Source: Peptococcaceae bacterium
GTDB taxonomy: Bacteria; Bacillota; Peptococcia; DRI-13; UBA5745
NCBI GenBank assembly: GCA_031264885.1
Contig: JAISDM010000173.1
Span: 1 to 35,229 of the forward strand
Direction: 5' to 3'
DNA length: 35,229 bases
Below the pieces are notes generated by a model. It made no database searches and was not told the DNA's origin. It was given only the letters and a program-made list of their open reading frames with translations. Position 1 is the first letter of the stretch; each line of letters opens with the position of its first letter. Positions 25,809 through 33,086 of the stretch are shown here, piece after piece. The translations under genes and the position numbers were made by a program.

Positions 25809-26663
25809 CTATGACATGAAAACCGCCAGCGAACCCAAGTCACATTTGATCACCGCGTACTTCTCAAGCACGGGACGCTGCCCCCGATACATTTTCGGCG
25901 GCGTAATATCGCAGACATACCCCATCTCCGCGATTTTGGACGCGGCGTTCCCACTGATGATGTTCGCGACCTCGCGCAAAGCCGACTCCATCATGCCGCT
26001 CAGACCGGACGGATCCGTCATGGTCATATGCTGCACCAGACGCAGCGCGGTCACCAGCGGAAACAGAAATTCCGCGCTGCCCGGATGATCCCCCACAATA
26101 CCCACGCTCACACCCAAATCGCTGACCTGACTGCTCGGCGGCGGCGCGCCGGGATCGGTCCGAACCGTCAGATTCAGCATCTGGCCCAGCACCTCACAGG
26201 CGCTCTCCGCGAAACTGCCCACGAACTGATCAGGCCGCGCCTTTTCCCGAACCTGTGGCGCGACCGCCTTGACCGCGCCGGTGATTTTGCCGTCCTCCCC
26301 CACCACATGATAAATCAGCCAGCCGATCAAGGTCCCCCCGAACTGCTGCATGGCCGCCTGACTGTAATTGCTCCCCGCCAGGATTTTTTCATATTCCAAA
26401 ACCGTAGAAACAAAATTCCGGTGCAGCACCTTATGCGCCTCCAGCCCCGCGTAGCCCAGCGAAGCCTGGAGCGCCTCCTCATCGGCAAAATGCTTCACCA
26501 CATAATCCTTCAAAAAAGCCACCGCCTGCGCGCAGGCCGCCGGGCTGTCCGGCCCCTGCCGGCGTATCGTCTCCACCAGCTCATCCGACATCCGGAACAG
26601 TTCCTTATGCTGACCGTCAATCACCTCATTACCCACCGCATACGCGTCTTTCCACATGCCCAT
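25809..26663 (-). CDS. Hemerythrin-domain / CheX-like phosphatase-domain fusion protein
   Basis: The N-terminal part (about 135 aa) carries bacteriohemerythrin ligand motifs: IDGQHKELF, HFADEE, HKVLHRNF and WLIYHVVGED. The C-terminal part (about 140 aa) resembles CheX/CheC and has SALREVANIISG...ITPP. That matches the phosphatase motif (D/S)xxxExxN-x(~21)-P. Confidence 0.75.
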   Translation of the reverse strand: MGMWKDAYAVGNEVIDGQHKELFRMSDELVETIRRQGPDSPAACAQAVAFLKDYVVKHFADEEALQASLGYAGLEAHKVLHRNFVSTVLEYEKILAGSNYSQAAMQQFGGTLIGWLIYHVVGEDGKITGAVKAVAPQVREKARPDQFVGSFAESACEVLGQMLNLTVRTDPGAPPPSSQVSDLGVSVGIVGDHPGSAEFLFPLVTALRLVQHMTMTDPSGLSGMMESALREVANIISGNAASKIAEMGYVCDITPPKMYRGQRPVLEKYAVIKCDLGSLAVFMS

Positions 26664-26695
26664 ACAAAAATCATCCTCCCCTAATCAATCTGTCC

Positions 26696-26790
26696 ACCGT
26701 CATTCCGCGCCTGCCAACGGGCGGCATCCTGCCGCCCGGAACCGTCCGAAAACGCACCCGTCCCGTCATTCCGGGCTTGTCCCGGAATCC
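26696..26790. repeat. Intergenic modular palindromic repeat, locus R5
   Basis: A partial B module is followed by GGGCGGCATCCTGCCGCCCGGAACCGTCCGAAAAC and then a full B module, CCGTCATTCCGGGCTTGTCCCGGAATCC (26763-26790). Confidence 0.8.
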
Positions 26791-26809
26791 ATCCCCGTCG
26801 AATCGCAAA

Positions 26810-27523
26810 TCAATGATCATAACGGCCCGTCATCCGCGCCTCAGCCAGCACATGACCCTCAATCATCCCCGCGAACTCACCTTTGTCAAAACCGTTCTCC
26901 GCCGGCAGCTCAGCGTCCAGCGCGTAAACCGTCACCACATAAGTATGCGCCTTGTCAGGCGGCGTTGGCCCCCCATAACCGACCGAATCAAAATCATTCT
27001 TCCCCTGAACCATCCCGTCCGCGCCGTCAATGCTGGCGTTCTCCGCAATGTCGGCGCTCTTGACATTCACAGCCAGCCAATGCGCCCATTCATAACCGCA
27101 CAAAGGAACAGAATCAGGATCATACACACTCACCGCGTAACAAACCGTACCCTCCGGCGCGTCCGCCACACTGACAGGAATAGAGCGCGTAGGCACTCCC
27201 CCGCTCACCTGATCCCCGCGCATCCCATATTTATCCGCGATCACACCGCCGCTGATCCCCTCGCTGCTCACAGCCATCGCCCGAATCACCGGCGCGGCCT
27301 CCGGCGAAGACTCAGACTCCGGCGAAGACTCAAACCCAGGCGCCGCCACAGACATCGGCGCAGACCCCGATTCCAGCGCCGATCCTCCCGCATCCACAGA
27401 CCCCGGCTGAGAGGTAAATCCCGGCGCGCCCACAGATTCCGGCACAGCCTCAGACCCGCCGCCAGAACAAGACATCAGCATCAAGAAACAACAAATAACG
27501 CAAAATAAACGCACATATTTCAT
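26810..27523 (-). CDS. YbhB/YbcL-family (PEBP) lipoprotein
   Basis: The ATG at 27523 lies 4 nt after GGGGGGTG. The signal peptide has a lipobox (FLMLMSC). A Ser/Pro/Gly/Glu-rich linker follows, then a PEBP domain (HWLAVN, GYGGPTPPDKAHTYVVTVYALD). Confidence 0.8.
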   Translation of the reverse strand: MKYVRLFCVICCFLMLMSCSGGGSEAVPESVGAPGFTSQPGSVDAGGSALESGSAPMSVAAPGFESSPESESSPEAAPVIRAMAVSSEGISGGVIADKYGMRGDQVSGGVPTRSIPVSVADAPEGTVCYAVSVYDPDSVPLCGYEWAHWLAVNVKSADIAENASIDGADGMVQGKNDFDSVGYGGPTPPDKAHTYVVTVYALDAELPAENGFDKGEFAGMIEGHVLAEARMTGRYDH

Positions 27524-27624
27524 AAAACACCCCCCAACCATCCCGGTATTTAGATATTACCTCAAAATCCCCCCAAAGTCCATCCTCCGAATCAGACAGC
27601 ACCCAAGAAATTTTTTCCAAACGC

Positions 27625-27790
27625 CCCCCGTCATTCCGGGCTTGTCCCGGAATCCAGGTCCTTCTTTTTGTCATTCCGGATCAAGCCCGGAATAACAACA
27701 CAACGGCAAAACACCCCCCCACGGTACCGCAACAGCGCATCCGTAGGGGCGGCATCCTGCCGCCCGCCTCCGTCAAACGCGAATTTCCCC
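27625..27790. repeat. Intergenic modular palindromic repeat, locus R6
   Basis: Two B modules (27628-27656 and 27669-27694) are followed by ACGGTACCGCAACAGCGCATCCGTAGGGGCGGCATCCTGCCGCCCGCCTCCGTCAAACGC. Confidence 0.85.
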
Positions 27791-27898
27791 GAATTGAAGA
27801 AATTTTCGCAATTCAGTATTAAATCCGCCTCAATTATGATATATTATTCACATGTATACAGACCAAGATATCACATCCAGACGAGAGGAGAATTAAAA

Positions 27899-29419
27899 AT
27901 GGTAAAAACAGTGGACGTCGTGGTGGCAGGCGCCGGCAACGCCGGGCTGGCCGCCGCCGCCGCCACAGCCAAGATGGGCTTATCAACCCTCTTAGTGGAG
28001 CGGCATAATATCCCCGGCGGCAGCGCAAGCAGTTTCCGGCGGGGCCGCTTCGAATTCGAGCCCTCGCTGCACGAGCTGGCCGGCTACGGCTCACCCGGCA
28101 ATCCCGGCGACGTGCGGGATATCTTCAGCGACCTGGGCGTCAACGTCGAGATGCTGGAGGTAAAAGACGCCTTCCGCACAATCGTTACCGGGCCGGAAGG
28201 GTATGACCTGGTGATGCCGGTGGGCATCGAGAACTTCGTGTACGCGATGGAGAAAGCGGTTCCCGGCAGCGCCGAAAGCACGGTCAATTTCTTTAAACTG
28301 GCGGGCGACGTAGGCCGGGCGCTGGGATACCTCTCCTCGGGCCAGCCGGATCCCGCTGTTTTGCAAAAAGATCACATCAATTTTATGAAGGTCGCCAACC
28401 TCCCCGCCGGTCCGGTGCTGGACGCGCTGAACATGCCCCCAAAAGCCCAGCAGATCATTATGACCTACTGGCCTTACATGGGCACCCCCCGCGGCCAGTT
28501 CTCCTTCGTGCTTTACTCCCTCATGGTGTACCGCTACATCTCAATGAGCGCCTATATACCCAAAAACCGCTCCCATGATATGTCGCTGGCACTGGAACAG
28601 GCCATCCGCGATCACGGAGGCGAGGTGTGGTACAACACCGAGATCAGCGAACTCCTGGTGAAAGACGGCCGCTGTTATGGCGTGAGAACCCGGGACGGCA
28701 GCGAGATCCATTCAAAGCAAGTGATCGCTAATTTCTATCCGGACCGCGCCTTTGCGGGCATGACGCCCCCGAACGAGACGCCGAAACAGGAAGTAAAACG
28801 CGCCAACGCGCGCACCCTGGGCATGAGCGGATACTGCGTATATTTGGGACTCGACAAATCGCCGGAAGAACTCGGCATCAAAGACTACAGCGTTTTTATC
28901 AACACCACCCCCGATTCGGACGAACAGCAAAAAGGCATGTATACCCTGGACAATAACGACTTTTTCATCATGAACTGCCTGAACATAGACAATCCGGGAT
29001 GCAGCCCGGAGGGAACCAGCATTCTGTGGGGCACACAGCTGTTTGCGCCCGGCGTGTGGGATCAGCTGAAGCCCGCCGAATACAAAGCCGTCAAAAACCG
29101 TGTGGCCAAAAAAATCATCACTGCCTACGAACGCGCCGCCGGCGTCAAAATATCCGACTGTATCGAGGAAATATCGACGGCGACCCCGGTCACATTCGCG
29201 CGCTACCTCGATACCCCCGACGGCTCCATCTACGGTTATCACGGGGTAAAATGGGACGCGATGCTGCCGCGTATCATGGGTATGCGCGGCGAGCAATGGA
29301 TACAAGGACTGCGTTTCGCGGGCGGTCACGGCGCCCGTACCATGGGCTACAGCTCCACATATATCAACGGCTATCAAACGGCGCAGCTTGCGGCGCAAGA
29401 GATAAAGGAGGGACGCTGA
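27899..29419 (+). CDS. FAD-dependent oxidoreductase, phytoene desaturase/CrtI-RetSat-like family
   Basis: The ATG at 27899 follows GAGAGGAG. The dinucleotide fold is VDVVVAGAGNAGLAAAAATAKMGLSTLLVERHNIPGG. The C-terminus is CrtI-like (GLRFAGGHGARTMGYSS). The track extension back to 27668 runs through repeat R6 and was rejected. Confidence 0.8.
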   Translation: MVKTVDVVVAGAGNAGLAAAAATAKMGLSTLLVERHNIPGGSASSFRRGRFEFEPSLHELAGYGSPGNPGDVRDIFSDLGVNVEMLEVKDAFRTIVTGPEGYDLVMPVGIENFVYAMEKAVPGSAESTVNFFKLAGDVGRALGYLSSGQPDPAVLQKDHINFMKVANLPAGPVLDALNMPPKAQQIIMTYWPYMGTPRGQFSFVLYSLMVYRYISMSAYIPKNRSHDMSLALEQAIRDHGGEVWYNTEISELLVKDGRCYGVRTRDGSEIHSKQVIANFYPDRAFAGMTPPNETPKQEVKRANARTLGMSGYCVYLGLDKSPEELGIKDYSVFINTTPDSDEQQKGMYTLDNNDFFIMNCLNIDNPGCSPEGTSILWGTQLFAPGVWDQLKPAEYKAVKNRVAKKIITAYERAAGVKISDCIEEISTATPVTFARYLDTPDGSIYGYHGVKWDAMLPRIMGMRGEQWIQGLRFAGGHGARTMGYSSTYINGYQTAQLAAQEIKEGR

Positions 29420-29420
29420 A

Positions 29421-30617
29421 ATGGCCAATGAAGTCAACCTGAACCTGGATCCGCGGGGGTTTTTGGAGATCATGCCCCAGCGCGCCGCCGCGTTTGAGGC
29501 CGCCTCCGAAGCCCCCCTGCCCACCGATTATCCGGTGAATAAACTGATGCGGGCCTTCCACCCCGATTGGCAGTACGCCCGAATCCAAAAAATCGAAACC
29601 CACGGCCCCGGCGCGAAGAGCTTCACCCTCGTTCCGGACGAAAGCAAGGGCACAAAGGAACTGGCCTATTTCAGCGCCGGACAGTACATCTGCGTATATC
29701 TCGCCATCGGCGCCTCCCGGTTGCTTCGCCCCTACTCCATTCGCTCAGCTCCGGCCGACGCGCCCGCCGGGAAATACATCCTGACCATCAAACGCGCCCA
29801 GGACGGCTTCGCGTCGGACTACATCCTGGATCACTGGAAGGAAGGCGGCGCCGTGACACTGACCGGCCCCGAGGGGAATTTCACTTACGAACCGCTGCGC
29901 GACGCCAAAGAAATCGTAGGCATCGCGGGCGGCAGCGGAATCACACCCTTCTTCTCCCTGGCCGCCGCCATCGCCGGAGGCGCCGAGGATTGCCGCCTGA
30001 CCCTGCTGTACGGCAGCCGGCGCGCGGAGGATATCCTGCTGAAAGACGAACTCGACGCCCTTGCCCGCCAAACAGATAAGTTCAAAGTCATACACGTGCT
30101 GAGCGACGATCCCGCGGAAGGCTATGAATCCGGATTTATCACAGCCGATTTGATTAAAAAACACACACCCTCCGGCGACTACAGCCTGTTCCTGTGCGGC
30201 CCTCAGGAAATGTACGCCTACTGCGACGCCCAAATCGCGGCACTGGCCCTGCCGCCGCGCCGGGTGCGCCATGAACTGTTCGGCGCCCCCTCCGCCCGGC
30301 TCACCCACCCCAACCTCAAAGACGGCGCGTTCACAATGAAAGTCATCACCCGGAACAGCGAAAAAGAAGCACCCTGCGCCGCAAACGAAAGTCTGCTGGT
30401 AGCCCTGGAGCGGGCAGGCACAGCCGTTCCTTCCCGCTGCCGCAGCGGCGAATGCGGTTTTTGCCACACCAAACTGCTGTCCGGCGAAGTATTCATTCCG
30501 TCGGACTTCGACAAGCGCCGGCTGGCCGACGTCGCCTATAACTACATCCACCCCTGCGTAACCTTTCCCCTCAGCGACATAACCATAGAAGTCCCGGGGC
30601 AAAAAGAACCCGTTTAA
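29421..30617 (+). CDS. FNR-like FAD/NAD(P)-binding reductase with C-terminal plant-type 2Fe-2S ferredoxin domain
   Basis: 398 aa. Motifs are RPYSIRS (FAD), GIAGGSGITP (NAD(P)H), CGPQEM and CRSGECGFC...C (Cx4Cx2C...C). The ATG lies 1 nt after the upstream stop, which indicates translational coupling. Confidence 0.85.
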   Translation: MANEVNLNLDPRGFLEIMPQRAAAFEAASEAPLPTDYPVNKLMRAFHPDWQYARIQKIETHGPGAKSFTLVPDESKGTKELAYFSAGQYICVYLAIGASRLLRPYSIRSAPADAPAGKYILTIKRAQDGFASDYILDHWKEGGAVTLTGPEGNFTYEPLRDAKEIVGIAGGSGITPFFSLAAAIAGGAEDCRLTLLYGSRRAEDILLKDELDALARQTDKFKVIHVLSDDPAEGYESGFITADLIKKHTPSGDYSLFLCGPQEMYAYCDAQIAALALPPRRVRHELFGAPSARLTHPNLKDGAFTMKVITRNSEKEAPCAANESLLVALERAGTAVPSRCRSGECGFCHTKLLSGEVFIPSDFDKRRLADVAYNYIHPCVTFPLSDITIEVPGQKEPV

Positions 30618-30653
30618 CAGAACGACCCCGCCCGCCCGGGCGGCAGAATCCAA

Positions 30654-30690
30654 GAATCGCCGAACCCGCGTGGGTCCGGCGATTCCTTTA
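30654..30690. terminator. Hairpin between convergent genes (candidate bidirectional terminator)
   Basis: GAATCGCCGAACCC-gcg-TGGGTCCGGCGATTC is followed by CTTTA. It lies between the reductase stop (30617) and the AKR stop (30688). The U-tracts are weak. Confidence 0.45.
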
Positions 30691-31719
30691 CATTGGATTC
30701 TCCGCGACAGCCTTTTTCCATAAGGCAATTTTGTCCTTGAGCAAATCCGGAATTTGCAGCTTATATGGACATCGTTCCACACAACGCCCACATTCAATAC
30801 AGCCGCCCGCTTTTTCGACGCCCGCGTTCGCCATTCGGAACGCCTGCTTAAAGGGCATCCGCTTGATCAGACTTTCCACAGTCAACACCGAACTTATCCC
30901 GATCCCCTGAGGGCACGGCTGGCAGTAGTCACAGCGGTGACACCAGTGGTCCCCCATCGCTTGGATCAAATCGCCCGCCGTCTTCTCATCCTCAGCGGAA
31001 AACGGCCTTTTTTCCTCGACAATCGAAACAATCTCCCGCATTTCCGACAATTTCTCTATGCCCGGATCCGGGATCACATTGCCGAATTGGAGTACATAAC
31101 GAATGGCGACGCCCGCGTCCTCCAGAAGCCCTCCGCCAAAAGGCTTCATCCCGATAAAACCCATGCCCAGTTCCTCAGCGAGAGGAATCGCCTCCTCCCC
31201 CGCCGTGCTGTCCACGAAATTAAAAGGAAGCTGCACCGAGGCAAATTTACCGGTTTTCATCAGCTCAATCGCCAACGGAATACTGTGACTCGAAAAAGCC
31301 GGGTAACGTATCTTCCCCGCCTTCACCCCTTCGGCCAGCCCCTCCAAAGCGCCGCCGGGAGCAAACACAGCGTCCCGCGCCTCCGCCGACGACAGATTAT
31401 GCAGCTGATAAATGTCCACATAATCCGACCCCAACCGTTTAAGACACAAGTCCAGATGCTCCAGAAGGGTTTTCTTATCGGTCGCGGTGGATTTTGACGC
31501 GATAACCAGACTCTCACGTTTGATATCCTTAATCGCCGCGCCTATCTTCTCCTCGCTGTCGGAATAAGCGTTTGCGGTATCAAGAAAATTAACGCCCAAG
31601 TCAATCGCGCCGTTCACGACGGCCGCAGCCTCCGCCCTCGAGAGACGTTGAATCGGGATCCCCCCGAACCCGACCCTGCTCACCATTAAATCGGTTTTTC
31701 CAAAACGTATCTTTTCCAT
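30688..31719 (-). CDS. Aldo/keto reductase with C-terminal 4Fe-4S ferredoxin-type domain
   Basis: 343 aa. The AKR N-terminus is MEKIRFGKTDLMVSRVGFGG, FLDTANAYSDSE. The C-terminal Cys clusters are CHRCDYCQPCP and CIECGRCVERCP. Confidence 0.85.
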   Translation of the reverse strand: MEKIRFGKTDLMVSRVGFGGIPIQRLSRAEAAAVVNGAIDLGVNFLDTANAYSDSEEKIGAAIKDIKRESLVIASKSTATDKKTLLEHLDLCLKRLGSDYVDIYQLHNLSSAEARDAVFAPGGALEGLAEGVKAGKIRYPAFSSHSIPLAIELMKTGKFASVQLPFNFVDSTAGEEAIPLAEELGMGFIGMKPFGGGLLEDAGVAIRYVLQFGNVIPDPGIEKLSEMREIVSIVEEKRPFSAEDEKTAGDLIQAMGDHWCHRCDYCQPCPQGIGISSVLTVESLIKRMPFKQAFRMANAGVEKAGGCIECGRCVERCPYKLQIPDLLKDKIALWKKAVAENPM

Positions 31720-31820
31720 AACCTGAGTCTACAACAAAATACAGAAAAATACAACATTGAATTTGCGATTACTGCAATTCGTAATTTGACATGATTTGGC
31801 GATTCACCTCTGCCAAGGAC

Positions 31821-31900
31821 AGGCGGCAGAATACCGCCCCTACGGTACCGTGAATGACACGCATCTGTAGGGGCGGCATCCTGCCGCCCGGACCCGTCCG
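31821..31900. repeat. Intergenic modular palindromic repeat, locus R7
   Basis: AGGCGGCAGAATACCGCCCCTACGGTACCGTGAATGACACGCATCTGTAGGGGCGGCATCCTGCCGCCCGGACCCGTCCG. Confidence 0.85.
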
Positions 31901-31918
31901 TTGACAGCCAAACGTCCC

Positions 31919-31946
31919 TTGACTATAATAACGGTATCATTATAAT
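31919..31946 (+). promoter_or_regulatory. Sigma-70-type promoter for the HTH-GHKL gene
   Basis: TTGACT - 16 nt - TATAAT, about 30 nt upstream of the TTG start. It lies immediately downstream of repeat R7. Confidence 0.5.
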
Positions 31947-31975
31947 ATCTGCCAAACAGATAGGGAGGCGCAGCC

Positions 31976-33028
31976 TTGCCGCTTTCAAAAATACAACGCC
32001 AAAACATCATAACCGAAATCATCCATCAAATCGGATCGCCGTCGTCAAACGGCTTTTTGGACATAGACGCCCTCGCCGCCCATTATGGCGTGAGCAAGCA
32101 GAGCGTGTCCCGGATCCTCAGCGAATTACAAGCGGAGAACCGCGTCATTGCCGAGACCGCCGGGCGCAAAAAGAAATATACGCTTCCGCGTGAAGAAATT
32201 GAACGCGATTTTCCCGCCGCCGGGCTTTCAGAGGATAAAGTCTTTAGAGAGTACATCAGCGCCTTCATCGCCTCCGCGCCGGAAACACCGCGCCGCAATT
32301 TTGCCTATGCGTTCACAGAGATGCTGAACAACGCCGCCGAACACTCGGAAAGCGAGAAGATAACCGTCCGCGCCGCCAAAACCGAATGTTACATTGAATT
32401 TTCGATCCGCGACTATGGCGTCGGCATATTTCGCAAAATCGCGCAAGCGATGAATCTTGAAGACGACACCCACGCCTTTTTAGAACTCGCCAAAGGCAAA
32501 TTTACCACCAAACCGCAAAATCACAGCGGCGAAGGCATCTTTTTTTCCGCCAAGGCGGGAGATATATTCCTCATACGTTGCGGTCAAATCGCCATGACCG
32601 TCAGCGGATCCACACGCGATACCGGAAGTAAATATTTGTTCAAGGCAATGGACACCTTGGAACCCGGAACATTTGTCAATTTTCGCATACAGAATGATCA
32701 TTCGGAAACCCTCGCCGAGGTTTTTGACCGCTACGCGCCCGACGGAAACGGTTTTGTCAAAACCCACATTCCGATCAGGCTATTGGAGCATGATCACATA
32801 ATGCCGATCGTATCGCGCTCTCAGGCAAAACGACTGCTTGCCAGAGTCGAGAAATTTCAATCCGTCACCTTGGACTTCGACGGCGTACCCGAAATCGGAC
32901 AAGGCTTCGCCGACGAGATTTTTCGCGTCTTCCACAACAATCACCCGGAAATTGAGCTTATTCCAATCAACTGTACCACCGCCGTTTCAAACATGATCCG
33001 CCATGTTTGCCCGAGCGAATCCGTTTGA
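31976..33028 (+). CDS. Fusion protein: winged-helix HTH + GHKL (RsbW/SpoIIAB-like) ATPase/kinase + C-terminal STAS-like (DUF4325-type) domain
   Basis: The start is TTG, 7 nt after GGGAGG. The HTH is LAAHYGVSKQSVSRILSELQAENRV. The GHKL boxes are TEMLNNAAEHS (N box), RDYGVGI (G1) and SGEGIFF (G2). The C-terminal SRSQAKRLLARVEKFQSVTLDFDGVPEIGQGFADEIFRVF resembles the STAS-like DUF4325 domain as I remember it. Confidence 0.7.
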   Translation: MPLSKIQRQNIITEIIHQIGSPSSNGFLDIDALAAHYGVSKQSVSRILSELQAENRVIAETAGRKKKYTLPREEIERDFPAAGLSEDKVFREYISAFIASAPETPRRNFAYAFTEMLNNAAEHSESEKITVRAAKTECYIEFSIRDYGVGIFRKIAQAMNLEDDTHAFLELAKGKFTTKPQNHSGEGIFFSAKAGDIFLIRCGQIAMTVSGSTRDTGSKYLFKAMDTLEPGTFVNFRIQNDHSETLAEVFDRYAPDGNGFVKTHIPIRLLEHDHIMPIVSRSQAKRLLARVEKFQSVTLDFDGVPEIGQGFADEIFRVFHNNHPEIELIPINCTTAVSNMIRHVCPSESV

Positions 33029-33086
33029 CAAAACCGCCGCGTTATAGTATGCTTATTCAACAATTACTAACTGGAGAATTAGAAAA

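Noticed and set aside
27668-27898. 77-codon N-terminal extension of the CrtI-like ORF
   Set aside because: The extension is translated from repeat R6 (..VGAASCRPPP..) and from the AT-rich promoter region. A good ribosome-binding site and the dinucleotide-binding fold begin at the ATG at 27899.
30631-30650. CCCGCCCGGGCGGCAGAATCC as an eighth repeat locus
   Set aside because: It is only a partial match of about 20 nt to the A core, with no linker, tail or B module. I treat it as a fragment or chance similarity next to the convergent terminator.
29745-30797. 350-aa ORF on the - strand
   Set aside because: It is antisense to the FNR/2Fe-2S reductase gene, which has clear cofactor motifs. It also crosses the convergent terminator region. 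Its Gly/Ala/Val-rich composition marks it as a shadow.
2311-31900. The recurrent GC-rich repeats as a CRISPR array
   Set aside because: The copies are scattered over seven separate intergenic loci, are strongly palindromic, have irregular spacing and mixed orientation, and no cas genes are present.
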